A stretch of 59,054 nucleotides of DNA, the filler included, from Platydemus manokwari (Eukaryota): assembly GCA_037951405.1 (NCBI GenBank). It is 5 parts of 5 records of this genome, joined end to end, with 100 filler letters (N's around TTAATTAATTAA, not from the genome) between each part and the next. Parts side by side here need not be neighbours in the genome. Positions count along the whole stretch, not along the records: positions 1 to 19,391 come from JBBMOY011966933.1; positions 19,492 to 29,260 come from JBBMOY011207210.1; 3 more parts are not named here. One strand, given 5' to 3'. Within the stretch, counting starts at the first letter, position 1, and every line of letters starts with the position of its first letter. Positions 15,001 through 28,875 of this stretch are shown here, piece by piece. Both the position numbers and the translations under genes were made by a program. The notes below the pieces were generated by a model that was given only the letters and a program-made list of their open reading frames with translations, searched no databases and was not told where the DNA came from.

Positions 15001-17580
15001 AATCGATGGTTCTGAATGGAGGAGTGGTTTTTCAGTCACATATCTCTACCACTTGGTCAATATTGATTACGTCACGCCAGGTTCGACTTATTATGTAATC
15101 AGCTTTGATTTAACAAGCTAGCTAGTATATATGTGTTATTTAGATTGATATTTCTGATTCCAGAAAAATTTAAAAGTCAATTATTATTTCTGATGATGGC
15201 ATAGGAAAAAATCAAAAATATTTGACGACAAAAGTAACACCATTATAGAAAAAATGTATCATGCTTATCATTCATTTTTTTATTGATTCGACGGCTTTCC
15301 AAGGCCCCAAAGAGCCGTGTTTTATAATGTATGCGATTTTGAATATGATAAATGAATATGAATGTTAATAATCGAAATGATAAATAAATACAGTCAAAGA
15401 TTTGTTTTAATGCTTATTAAGAATTGATTAAAATTATTTTTCTTTTTCTATTAACGTGCAAGGTGCTCATATTAGCCTATGTTTCCCATTGATTTGATTT
15501 GATTTGTACATTATCTAGTAGAGGGTATAATTGTCAATCCAAATGGTTCCGATAATTGGGGCTGTGACATTTGTGGGCGTCAATTTCCTACTCTGAAACA
15601 AGCCAAAGTTCACAAATTCAAATCACACATTGAGCCAGTTCAGAAAAAGAAACTGATGCTCCACAGAAATATAATTCGTAAATCCAGTGCTTCTCAACGT
15701 AACTTGGGTAAGAAATTTCTTGTGGTAATGGAAACAATTTTTTTCCTTGTGTTGTGTATTGGTTTTATGCAACTTGTTTCGTTATCGATTTATCACAACA
15801 TAAATATCACAGGCCGCACTGAACCGGGCATTATTTTATAAGATGCGCACTGTTTATTTGGGAGTTTGTTTGAAACAGTTGAATGAAACCGTTGAGATTC
15901 ACGAATTCGTTATGATTTTATTGGGTGACAGCTTTGCGCTTTTGTGTCATCTGGTTTCTTGATATTCTTCATTTATTAGTTCATCTATTTACCTGTTGAC
16001 CTTGAAGTATTGAGGATGTATTTCATATATTTTTATGGGGTTTGGGAAAATTAATTGAGCCGTATATATGTAGAAGTTTTCAGAATTCCAATATGGACAG
16101 GGCGATTATCATAGCTATTGCTATCGGATTTTACTTTCAATAATTTATTTCTTTATACTTTTGACATTTTTTACTATGTTTTCAATTTAGTTTTTGCCTC
16201 CTAAAAGTTTTAATTTTATAATAATATTTTATCTCCAAATCAGAATATTTCTTTTGTTTTTTTGAATGAATTATATATATTTCTTCCAATAAATGTTTTG
16301 GATTAAATCCGAAAACGTATTTTAAATATTTCTTGGATTTAATTCATCTACGCGAAGACATTGAAATTCTGCTAATACATCTGTGTTATCGTAATAGCTT
16401 TCAGCGATAATATTGAAATGATTCCAATCATCGCATCAATACACTTTTCTGTTGTTGATACATTCAATGCTTTAGTTTTATCAATGCCAATTTCTCTCTC
16501 TCTCTCGATCGTAATCATAGCTCGACGATGTTGTAAACTTATGGAAAAATTAAATATCAAGTTAGAAAAGTATGTGAAAAACTATCACCGGGTGTGCGAT
16601 GAGCCGAAATAAGCATCATAGAAATATTTATGACGAACAAAAATGCAAATAAAGCTCGATCTAAACAATATTAGTTCTGTCGATCTTGATTTATTGTCCG
16701 ATGAAGATATTATGATAATTGTTATATCGGTGCGCGCGGCACTGGTCGCATGAAAATGGCGAGATAATTGCAAACGTTCACCAAACATTTACGACGAAAA
16801 CGATAACGATAAAAGTCCATCAATAAACGATGGTTAGCCTAAAATTATAAAAACACAATTTCAATTCCAAATTCTATCTTATTAATTGAATGATATTTAG
16901 TAAAGAAATATATCGCGGAAAATAAGTTTCGTGAAATTCTACCCAACTCAAAGAAATCCAAAATCGATAAATCCCGCATTGAACAAGGGCAATCTGTTAA
17001 CAATGATGAGGAGAGTGGTTGTCATGGCGACCAAAATAATCCAGACTCCCATTCTGCTAGCGATACTGGTAGACCAGCAACTAATCTCTGGCGTGCAGCT
17101 CAATCCAATAGTCGGGGAAATAAGATCGTTCTATCAAGAGTTTACTCCATCACGAACCAGGTTAGGAAATTTCTAGCATCAGTTGCTAAGTTTGGTTGAG
17201 GAGTAAGAGATTGCCTGTTTGTTTGGCGAGCTTTAAAATTGTATGACTTGCATAGCTTTGGTTAAATATGAAGCTTTTATGGTTGATTGTAAATGTTGTT
17301 ATGGTTTCCTTTTTTTATTCAGACCGAGCTCAATATCAGTGGTTCTAGAAATAGATATGGGCGCTTCCATAAGAGGGCGTATGTTTGTTTTTATTGCCAG
17401 TCAATTTTTCTCAACAGAGAGGGCTTTAAGCGACACTTGCTCATGCATCGGAAAAACGAAACCTACAAATGCGTACACTGCGACTTGAAATTTATCAGAC
17501 TTAAAATGCTCAAGCAGCATCAGAAAGAACATTGTCATATGAATTTTACCAAGTCCAATAATTCTGGTGAGGATGAATGA
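12044..17580 (+). CDS. C2H2 zinc-finger protein (5 fingers, 5 exons)
   Basis: Exons 12044-12055 (MRGE, GTAAGT donor), 12760-13132, 15519-15707, 16901-17160, 17323-17580 join in frame. Fingers: CVFC..HITEKH, CSKC..HFEKVH, CDIC..HKFKSH, CFYC..HLLMH, CVHC..HQKEH; basic NLS-like RKRKR. AATAAA near 17717. The start could alternatively be ATG 12766. Confidence 0.8.
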
Positions 17581-18349
17581 AAAATGTAGTTCTGTGGTAT
17601 TGGTGGTGATGAATATGTATGGATATTTCTGATCATTATAATTAGATCCGGTCATTTCATTTTATTGAAATTGGTCTCGTCACTTGGCTGTATTTGGCTG
17701 GCGAGTTGATGATTGCAATAAAGTCGAAATGGTCATTAGAAATCGTGTGAATCTTTTTATAAATCAAATATTTGAAATCATAATATTTTATTTATCATGA
17801 GAAATATTTATTGATTCCATTGAATATTCGTTGGTATTCATATTCATCAATATTTATTCAATATTTATCATAATTATTCATCGATATTTCATTTGATCGA
17901 CGTGTACTCGAAATCAATGCTTAGTCATCGATATTCTATTTATCGATAATTATTCAGTTAATATTATTAATGATTGTGTTTTCCGCTACTGAAAACAGAA
18001 TTCAAATTATATTCCCAACAAACAATAACGGTCATCAATGTTGTAGATGTTCACAATTTCAGTTTTATATTTTATGTTTGGTGACGGAATATTTATTAAA
18101 TATTCTATCTTATCTAAGCATTGGTATTTTGAATTTTTCAAAAATATAGCTGAGATAAATTTATCTTTCATTTATATCTGGATCACACAAACATTTTTAT
18201 CAAGGGTGCATTGGTTTTGGAATTTTTCACTGATGTCAAAATTATTATCTAAAATTTGTCTCGTATTTATTATTATAGTAATTATTATCGATCAAAAATA
18301 ATAATAATTACTAATATTATTATTCTTAACTGTATTAATTCTACAATAG

Positions 18350-18594
18350 AGCCAAATGGAAAACCTGCTTCTATTAAAGTCGAAAAGTGGAAACCCTCCC
18401 CAAATGAAACTGAGAAACCAACCCAAAACATTGTAAAGTCGGAATCGTTAATTATCAAAAATCCGGTCTCTCAAAATGAAGACGACGCTCTGTTTCAAAA
18501 GAATCTCAAATTTGCAGAAAAGTTTCTCAACAATCCTGCAATAACATTAAACAAAGGAGTAAGATTTTTCGATGAATTTGTTTACAACTTTTGA
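18350..18594 (+). CDS. coding-like exon, probable alternative terminal exon of the zinc-finger gene
   Basis: Open frame after acceptor CAATAG (18349), phase 1, matching the phase-1 donor G|GTGAGG at 17566/17567; composition resembles the other exons (EPNGKPASIKVEKWKPSP...). Confidence 0.5.
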
Positions 18595-19391
18595 AGGTGA
18601 TTTGATTCGAAAATTGTATTGAAAATGTTGAAAATTATGTTGCGATAAGTGGTCATTTAAATTAGGAGTATTTCAAACATTCCCAGTTATATTTTTTCCA
18701 TTTAATATTGAATTTTCGAGTCAATATTTTCAACGACCAATGGTCTTAAAATCATTTAACTAATTAAAACAATAAATAAAATAAAAAATCAATCATGGAT
18801 GTAACAGTGAGGATCAATTTTCGGTTCTTGGCACTGATCATAAATTTTTTAGTTTTATTTTGAATAACATTGGGCTTAATATTCTTTATTAAAAATGTAA
18901 GCCGCTAATGTTTTATAAAGCACGTATTGAAAACAAACTGAAAAGTCACGACACCAAATCATCTCTATAAATACAATTATATACACAAATTATTATAATT
19001 TATATAAAATTTGGGCTTAAGTTAAGAAAAAGGGTCCTTTGACCTACTTTCGTTATAATGACTTTTCGCGCATAAGATAATTTTATAATTTAATTTTATA
19101 TGCAACTGCTATGTTTGATTTATTCGTATAATTCAATTAATATTTCATTTTTAAAGATATCTAATAGTGACAAAAGATAATTTTAAAACCAAGTTCCCAT
19201 TCTAATCACAACACTCCTATATGATTATTTGAGTTTTTAAATTTTTATAATTATAAATTGACTTAGTTAATAATATCATTGCTTAATTTTATAAAATAAT
19301 TGTAAAAATTGAGAATATCTCTCAATTTGTTACTTATATTTGAAAAAGAGTCCCCGCTAATTTTGAATAAATTGGAATTCGACCTACTTTT

Positions 19392-19491
19392 NNNNNNNNN
19401 NNNNNNNNNNNNNNNNNNNNNNNNNNNNNNNNNNNTTAATTAATTAANNNNNNNNNNNNNNNNNNNNNNNNNNNNNNNNNNNNNNNNNNNN
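19392..19491. other. assembly spacer (44 N + TTAATTAATTAA + 44 N)
   Basis: Identical 100-nt structure occurs four times; the 12-mer gives stops in all six frames. Confidence 0.97.
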
Positions 19492-22400
19492 AATATTTCA
19501 ACAACCTTTTCTTCATCAATAACATCAATTCAAAATATGGAGTATAAATTTTAAAAATCTAACATATTCCATTAATTTTTTTGTTTCCAAATTCTTTACA
19601 TAAATAAATATAAGCTAAATATGGTTCTAAATCTTGATTCTAATAATAATTTTCTCTTGAAAAATTCAGTGGATAAGCTTCAGGATAATTTGCAATGTTC
19701 AATGGGGAATATGCTTTCTCATTTTCGTGCGCTACCAACGTTTTCGACCTGGTATTGGTCTCAAGAAGTCATTGTCACTGTTAAAATAATCGGAGCACTG
19801 CTCCACATATTTATTGAAGATTTCCTGGATTATACCAGTAACTTTTTCTGTTTCCTTTAGCTGTGAATAAAAATAATTGATTTTCCTTTCTCATAACTTG
19901 AATTTCCATGGGTTCTCTACTTTATACGTTTGTTGTAGAATTATTTCTAACTTTAGTATGTTAACCCTCTTCCATCTCATTTGATAAAAATAATTTGCAT
20001 CTTGCAATTATATGCTATTTCTTCAATATCCACTTCTAACTCTGCTGGCCCTTCTGTTCAATTTTTTTGATTTTTTCGCCATTCCATTGACTGAAATAAA
20101 TTTTGGCACGTACTTTAATTACTTTTCCGGCAATAATTCCATAATTAACTAAGCAATCGTCCATTTGTAGTAATAATAGCATGCCTTTTGGAACATGTAA
20201 ACGAGACGTATAGAGACTGACAATTGGGCAAATAGCGTTAAAATCATAAAAGCAATATCTAAAGCCGTTCATTCCGTCTTCATACGTGAATTGGAGTTGA
20301 TCGAGGCGAAGGAACAACAAAATACTATGTTTCGAGATTATCTATGGGTCATAGGACTCCAGAGTACTGATTAGATTCAGATATTACTAAAGTGAATAAA
20401 AATCAAAATACAAATAAAAAGAAACCGTTAGACCCCCAAAATCACACACACACACACATATATAGGACAAAACATTAATGCACAATTTACGCTGCCGCAT
20501 CCTCAGCTGGATAATTTAACTGATTATTTGAAAAATAGGTATCGGATATGTATAATATTAACGTTCATTAATACTATATTTGCTATTACTAATTTTGTAG
20601 TAATATTTGCCTACTGTCATTCATTTTCTCGACGAAAACACCTGCGAGTTCTAATTTTTAATCACATATGAAGTCCACCAGACTAAATAATACTACAAAC
20701 CATGAATTAAAAGAAAACAAATTATAATAAACAATATTAGTAGAAAATAAATGTTTAATGTTCACAAGAATAATAATTAACAAACATAAAATCTATGAAA
20801 AAAGTTTAAATTTTATAGAGCATTTAACATTGTATCGACATCGAAACATAACATTATTCGATTTTGGGAATTTAGTAAATCAGGTTTGAGCAGAGATATT
20901 TTCGAAAATTCCAAATGTATGAAATGTGATTGATGCAAAGTAATTCGATAGTCCTAAGTTAATTGAAAAGAAAACAACTTAAAAAGATTTGAAGTAAAAT
21001 TATATGGAGAAAATATGTTTACTAAATAATTGAATTTTTTTAAACAATAAAATTAATTTTTAAATAAAATTAAATATTTGTGGCAATGAAATCTGGCAAT
21101 ATTTACCATTAGTAAGTTAGAATATTTTGGATATTTCTTTAAAAGTTCAATTTCTTTAAGTCCAAAATGCTGATAAATAACTTTAAAATAGAAAATAACA
21201 AATTACATTATAAAATTTATGAATTTCAAAATGAACCAAACAATTATATTTATATTTGGTAGAATTCTATGAAAACTTTAGAACTTACCTTATAAAAATC
21301 AAAATTTAAAGCATATTATATAAAATTTAAATTATTACCGACTTTAATAGTTAAACAAATTTAATAATTTGGTATGTTGAACGTTTATTAATTACAAAGA
21401 TTTTGAAAGTTTAATTATGAATACAAAATACTAAAAAAAAACCTTTTAAAACTTGTTAATAATTTTGATATTGCTTTTAAAACAGTGTTTTGGTAAATTA
21501 TGATGATTGTAAAGAAATTTTTACAGAAAATTTTCCAAATCCCTAGTTTTAAATAATCTTCAAATCAAAGTGACAATTAGAAAAATAGACAAAAAATTTT
21601 GAACTTTCTGCCTAAAAATTGCAACAAATTTTCTAATGAAACAATCGCTATTAGATAAAGATAAATATTATTGGATTTTGGTATTAAATAGAGTTTTTTA
21701 ATCGCATTGAATATTAGAATCATTGATCAACCGATGTTCAGGATTAGGTATTCCATTTCAGAAGCTCGAAAATAAATTTTAAATTAACGATTGGCATCCG
21801 ATTTGCCTTATGAATTACAGTTATGAATTAAGTTAGGATCTCTATATATCCAGTCATCTAAGAATCGAAACCAAAAATCTAATAAAAATAGAGAAAATGG
21901 TTAAAATAATACATTTCTCTGAATGCCAAAATAGTACATAATTAAAGTTTAAGGGAAAAAAAGCAATTTTCATTATGATAACAGTAAAAAACGAGAATAA
22001 AAAACACATTAAGAATCATAACCAAATTGAAAGTTAAGTATAAATATTCAAAATAAATTATAAGAATTGCACTTTGATATTGGTTCGAAGACATTTATAC
22101 CCAATTATGTTGATAGAGTTACTAACATTGGTTACAATTACTCAGTAGATCATTATTCTGTCATGATTTCATATTCAGAATCAAAGAAATGTCTCATAAT
22201 TACCTCTAGTCGCTAACCTAATTTCCGCTGATTTTCTGCATAATAACCCAAGCATCTATATCAAAATCTATTAAAGAGCTAATTTATCTAACAAACACTA
22301 TTTCAAAATCAATATTTATTTGAGCCATATTTACTGCTTATTAGTAAAAACTAAAAGTAAAACCCACAATTCGAAGTTGACTAATTGTTATTTATTACTT

Positions 22401-22649
22401 GGGATTGTTCATTACAAAATTACAGAGTTCTATCATTGTTTATCAATTGTAGCGATATTTTCGAAAACAAATTTTTTTTAATTAAATTTTTCTATAACTA
22501 AATAACTATATTTTTATTTCGATCTCTTTATATATGCAGATAGGATTCAGATGATAAGTTTTTTGCAGCTTTGAAATAATTTGAAATATGATATGAAATC
22601 TTTGGACGTTCACGGAAATATTACTTGATTAGGGATCCAACCTTTAAAG

Positions 22650-25600
22650 CAGTGGTTCCCAACCACAGTGCCGCGGAATGATTACTAGTTTGACATGAGG
22701 TAATTAGTAAGTGGTTTTATGGTTTATATAATCTTTATTTACAATATCAACACACACTTTGCAGATATTTCTTATTTAATATTTACGTGTTATAATTTAA
22801 TGTTTTACTAGGACAAATAAAAACCATAATATACATATTCATTGTTTGCTATGTGCTGTGTGGGGCCAAATGCTGTCTAATGAAGCTATGGTTCTAAGTA
22901 AGATGAAAAGGCATCTTACCACAAATCATTCTAATCTTCAAACTAAAATTCTGGTGGATAATCTAAACTTACCTGGCGGGGAAATCAAACTTTTTCGAGC
23001 AAGCGAAGCAATCGCAAAGGTTGTACAGAAAAAAGAGTTCTCCGAAAAGGATCACAGGGTCTATACCTCCAGTCTCCAGGAACACTTATATAAAAGCGAT
23101 CCAAGGTCCTAAAAATGAGGTCCGAGAAGTCAAAAAGATTAAAATTTTGAACATCTCACATATGCCCGAAAAATGGAATATTAATTATTAGCAGACCTGG
23201 CAAAGATTGTAAATAGTACACACAGAGACAGGGAAGGTCAAACCAAGGACCAGATATGACAAATCCAGGTCACGATTCAGGAAAAACACCAAACCCAGAT
23301 CATATGCTGACGCAACGAAATTTAATAATAAATCGAATGTATATGATCAAAGAAATGATAAACAAAACATTAGACTCATTCTTATTGAAGATAATAACTT
23401 TCAAGAAGTCAAATAAAAGAAACGCTAAAACCAAAAGAAAGATAGAAAAGTAGAAAAAATGGAAGAAATAAAGATAATAATCAATAATGATAAAACACAG
23501 ATGGAGCGCAAAGAAAAGGAGATCCCAAATAAATTTCTAGTAATCAATTTGGACAAAAACACAAATACAATTAATATCCAAATCAAATGTGATAATTGTG
23601 AACATCCGAGGGCAAAAACGTGGCAATTACGGAAGTCAATTATTCAAGTTATTGGTCCAAAAGCTTCAAAAGAAACAATGGTTGAACGGCAACGAAAAAT
23701 GAAGAACATTGTACCTACTAAAGAATCGGAGGTAGACAATACGAACAAACTCGATAAGACAATAAATCCACGTAACGATGTTGATATTGACAAATTGGAC
23801 AAGTTAATCTCTACTAATGCAGCTTCATAAATACCAAACAACTCCAATATTTCAAATACCGAGGGAGAGAAACAACCAAATCAAAGCATTGAAAGTATTG
23901 ACTTCTCAACGGATCCTGACTACTATTAATGTGAATAATACTTATTGGACTCTGCTGATTGGAAACAAAGGTGATGGGATAGAAATCATTGATCCAATGG
24001 GAGACAACAGTGCTTTTATACTCAACACTTCGATCAATCGGACATTCAGTACTAAGCCCTCCTCATAGTTACCAGTCAAGACAATGTCAGAACAACAATG
24101 AAAAGAACGATGAGAAGACAAGTATAATGAAAATCTCTCAATTCTAGTATGGAACTAAACAAAATTTGTATCGTCGAGGCTAGCCCCAACTTTGCAAATA
24201 AACTTTGGAGAGATCGGACTACTGGTCTTCGGGTATATACGGAATACTTGCAATAATAATAATATCCTGTTCCAAATTAATACAACCAAGCGATCATCAA
24301 AAACGAACTATGAGGGGTAATCAACTCCTAGCCATTATTAAAGATGCAATTCAGATACAATTCAGATTAGGCAAAGTCTGGTTCACAGTCATGCAAATAA
24401 GTTGGTCAAAAAATTCATTAAACGTGACATACAAAAATATCTGTGAATTTATCAGAAATATGAGAGTAATTAGACCACCAGGGCATCCATTCCTCGGTAA
24501 AGCAGCAAATAAAATGGAAAGGACGAAAAAAGATATGAAACTTCGAAATCTGTTCATTATTGCCCTATCAGCTGCTTTTGGAAAAATTACTAAATGTACT
24601 CATGCAGATACTTCGCCAAAAAAGAAGGACTTCGAAATACATTGCATAAACAAACAAGTCGATACAATTAAACTACCAGAATGTATTAGACCTTGTGTGA
24701 CACAATGCAATGAATTCTGTGAACTAAAAAGGTATGCGAAGAGAGGCCCTAATTTCTCATTTCAAACTATCGGAATTGAAACAATATTCAAAATTTTACG
24801 TTAAAAGTATCCAACAGCTCCGGGAAGAAACAATATCTGATACAAGGATATATCATATGCCGACCCAAACTCTGAATTATTGAAAGAACTATTTGACAAG
24901 TGCATGGAGCTAAATGAAATTCCTGAAGAATGGATTATATATTCTATGATCATGATCCTCAAACCGATGAAGGAGGGTGAATATGACAGAGTCGAATCAT
25001 GGATATCGATCGCACTTCTCGATTGTTGTTACAAATACTAACAACAATCCTAGGCCAACAGCTTCGGCGTTGGATCGATAAGAACAACCTAATTCATTCA
25101 TTGTAAAAGAGTCTGGAGCTAATCCACGAGCAAGCATGATGCAATCAGATTGACAGCAGTGCACTCTCTATGCAATCAGCAAGAACCGAAATAGAGGTGA
25201 ATGACATCAAAGACTCACTCAACTGGATGAACTCACACATTTCTGGAACTCGCAGAAGAGAAACTTGGTGGGGCAAATTACGTGAGGCTATCAAATATGC
25301 ATCGAAAAAACTCCAGACAATCTCTCGTTTTTAGATAATCAATGGTACTCTATTGCTCAGAATCGAACAAAATATCAGCTCCAATGGCCTTAGTTACACA
25401 AAAGTAGCGACAATGAAACCAAAGAATATTAAACAAGCTCCGAAACTTCTTCGACGGTGTTTCATTCAATCGTATCAAATCCAATGGAATGAACAAATCA
25501 GGAGCGGGAGATACAATATCTTATGTCAAGCCCTATGTGGATCAAAACAGTATTCCATAGCCACTAAATAATTGCATAGTCCAGATTCATCCAAAAAGCC

Positions 25601-27120
25601 AAAACTGATACCTCATCGACTTTGAATAAAAAATACATAGACTGGATGGCGTGCCGTAAATGTCTATACCAAAGGGAATCACAGACACACATTTTCACAA
25701 TGTGTAAACCATCTAACTCGTTTGTAACTTTTAGGCACAATGAAGTTATGGAGATTGTAGCAAAGTGTATGGAATATTATACCGATTACAGAATCTTTAT
25801 AGGTCAGAAATGTCAATTTACCAATTCAAACCTTTGAGTCGACTTACAAATGGTGAATGACAGAAAATCTATCATCATGTTAATTGACATCAAACGCCCC
25901 ATGGACGAGCCAAGGGTAATTGATGAGACAAATCAAAAAAACCACGCCAAGTACGACAGTCTCAAAAAAGCGGTCAAATAAACGAAAACATGGGATGAAG
26001 ACTATTCACAATTCGACTTTGACTCTGAGGACGATAGCTGAGCAATTAATTACTGGACGTAGCCAAGAGAAATGTGATAATAGGTTCAATCACAAGAGAG
26101 ATTCTATGTTATAAGTTGTGAGTTATCACGGCTAACCAATTAATCATTGTCTTAAATAGATATTTGTTTTTTTTGTCAATTATTTTCAACGATTGTTAGA
26201 ATTAAATGCAAGGCAAAATTAACTATTTAAGAAAACAGTACATGTGTCCAAAAAATCTCAATTGACTTCATACGAAGTGGCAGAAATTATTGCCCTTAAA
26301 TTGAAATCCCAAGTTCTTACAGAATCAGTGATCCTTCCAGCATGCAAAAGGGTGGTGAAAAGGCTTAACAAGAAATTGACAAGATACCTACTTTAAACAA
26401 TAAAATTCATAGAAGGATTCTTGTCTTATTTGATAATATTGAGGAAAGTGTATTTTCCAAATTTCATAGTACTCTCTTTGCTCTCCAAATCGATGAATCC
26501 AATGACATCCAATGCACAGTTAATTGCATTTATAAGTGTCATCGATGAAGATGCCATAATTAATCAATTTCTGTGCTGCAAACAGTTACCCACAACTACA
26601 AAAGGTCAAGACATTTTCGATACAATCACAACATGCCTCGAAAAATATGGCTTATCCTGGGATTTATGCATGGAAATATGACCCGATACAGAACCAACAA
26701 TGGCTGGTTCTGTTAAAAGTTTTGCATCTTAAGTGGAAAAAGAGAATCCTAACATCGTGCGAACTCATTTTTTTACATAGTGAAGTATTAGTTTTAAAGA
26801 TAACACAAAATGAACTATAGGAGGCGGTAAATCAAGTGACTGAAATGGTAAAACTCGGCCGTTGAAGTCCAGAATTTTTGTGCTGCTATGCAAGGATATG
26901 AATTCTCATTATGTTCCTTAACTATTGCACACAGACATGAAATGGTTATCGAAAGGAAAGGTGCTATCTAGCGTAATAGAGCTTCAAAAAGAACTTTTTA
27001 TTTTTGTTTGAAAATTAAAAGATTTTATATATTTTGTAATATTCTAAAAAATGAATTTCTAATGTCCAAAATAGAGCACTTAAGGAAGATATTTGGCCAT
27101 CTCAATATTCTATTTCAACG
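22650..27120 (+). mobile_element. degenerate hAT DNA transposon (Buster/Charlie, ZBED5/ZBED8/SCAND3-like transposase), interrupted by a non-LTR element
   Basis: Left end CAGTGGTTCCCAAC at 22650 preceded by 8-mer CTTTAAAG (central TA). Transposase pieces: LSNEAMVLSKMKRHLTTNH (22846-22947), then VNYFQRL..SYEVAEIIA..ESVILPACK (from 26175), FALQIDES, FLCCKQLPTTTKGQDIF, LLHTDMKWLSKGKVL. Many stops and frameshifts; right TIR not clearly identifiable. Confidence 0.9.
22951..26174 (+). mobile_element. degenerate non-LTR retrotransposon with restriction-like endonuclease (NeSL/R5-like), internally deleted
   Basis: RT N-terminal motifs APGRNNI*YKD..DPNSELLKELFDKC..IPEEW..ESWISIALLDCCYK (~24815-25040); CCHC knuckle CRKC..ESQTHIFTMC and RHNEV (~25650-25750); endonuclease-like *VDL..IDIKRPMD..KYDSL (~25835-25965); Ulp1-like remnants upstream; T-rich 3' end. 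Most of the RT core is missing. Confidence 0.88.
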
Positions 27121-27634
27121 CAAAAATGTTTATTCGATATTTATTATTGTAATTTTTTATCATTTTTGAAGTCTCCGAAAACCACTAAAATGAGGTGAAC
27201 GAAAATTCTGAATCAAAAATTTTGAAGAATTAAATTGATATTAAAGGGTTGAAGCTATGGAAAAAAACAATCTAATACTAATAATTAAATATAATAACTA
27301 TGATAAAATGTTAAGGCTTCGAATTTATAATTTAAGAATTCGCTCTCTCATGAATTTTAACTATCACAATTTAACTCATTGTCGCTCACACATGTTGCTA
27401 TTGTATTTTGATTTCATATCAGTTGACAATCAAGAAATATTGACAATATTACTAATAAAAATAATGATCATAGTAGTTATTAATCATAATAAATAAAAAC
27501 AATAGGCACGAAAACTACTTATAAGTTCATTCGAAATACTTTCTTGAGTATGACACCTGATATTATCAATATAATTAGAGTTCAAGTGACTGACATGATT
27601 AACTAAACATTCATTAATAATAAAATATTTTAAA

Positions 27635-28875
27635 ATGACTGTTGCATATGCCAGTGATGTTTCTCAAAGTCAAAATGTCTTAGGAATTCACAACCTTTTG
27701 TTGCGGTATTATTATTTAGTATAAAATATTTGTTATTCAATGAATAATTTCTGTTGCAAATTCAGTTGGAAAGGAAGTGTTTATAAGCTAATATTAAGTG
27801 AACTCGTTGTTTACATTGCTATATATGTTTTAATCAGTTGTGTATATCGATATTTATTAAGCGCCGAACAAAAACTGTAAGATATTTTATTATGTGTTAT
27901 TAAATTATAATAAATAATTTCGATTCATTTTTATCTCATAATTTTGATCTATATGATTACGTATAAAATTAAATTTATGATTTTATTTAATTAAAAATTC
28001 TCAAGTTGGAAGAATTAACCATTCTGATATAAATTCTTTCAAATATATTGTTTTATATTCAGGATTCTAATTAATATTTTTATTTATTTATTAATTCTCA
28101 CGTAAATTTATCGTAAAAATCTATACCAATATAAAGTAGAGTTATCAGTATTCCGTCATCGGTTTTTCTCTAGACAAATAAACTTAATTGAATTTGATTT
28201 TAAAAACTTCTAAAGCTAAATTGTGGAAAATAACCGGCATTAATAACATCCATAACAATTGATGAAAATCAATTTTTATGAAGAACATAACAATAACTGA
28301 CAAAATATTTATGAAAATAATATTACAAATATAAGATATTTAATTCTCATTGCAATAAATAGAAAAATCTATCAAATAAATTATCTCATAATTTATTTAA
28401 TATCTAATATAAAAGTTGTTGATAAAAATATTAATAGTTCGAATATGTTTTTAATGTCCAATAATTTCAGAATATTCGAACATTTAGTTTGGTTTTGTGA
28501 AGCTAAAAAGAAAATGATACCACTTTCATTTCTTGTTGGATTTTTCGTGGCAGCTATTGTAGCAAGATGGTGGCAATTGTTTCATCTAATTCCTTGGTTG
28601 AATAAAATAGCATTTTTAATACAAGTATTATTGTGCTGATTATAATTATCAAAATATTTTGAGAAGTTAGTGTCTTGTAATTGGACGAGGAAAAGAGAAA
28701 GCAACAAAAGTTCGAATAGTTTTAATCAGATACATAAATTTGGCATGGATTCTGTTGATGAGGCAGGTAAGTGATCAAGTTCGAAATCGTTTCCCACCAT
28801 GTAAAACTAGATCGAAACACATTATGAGAAAGTATACGACAACTGAAATATTAGATGGATTAAACAAAGATCCAA
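27635..28875 (+). CDS. bestrophin chloride channel, 5' partial (4 exons seen)
   Basis: Exons 27635-27705, 27766-27876, 28471-28624, 28671-~28875: MTVAYASDV..LLLRWKGSVYKLILSE..IPLSFLVGFFVAAIVARWW..RYINLAW..RFP. The C-terminal half (EDDDDFE calcium clasp) is not present before the spacer at 29261. Confidence 0.92.

Noticed and set aside
19492-20340. Minus-strand ORF 20036-20320 and neighbours as a retroelement gag/protease remnant
   Set aside because: No recognisable motif; cannot be assigned.
27200-27250. Possible right end of the hAT element followed by TATTAAAG (similar to the left 8-mer CTTTAAAG)
   Set aside because: TIR match is too poor in AT-rich sequence.
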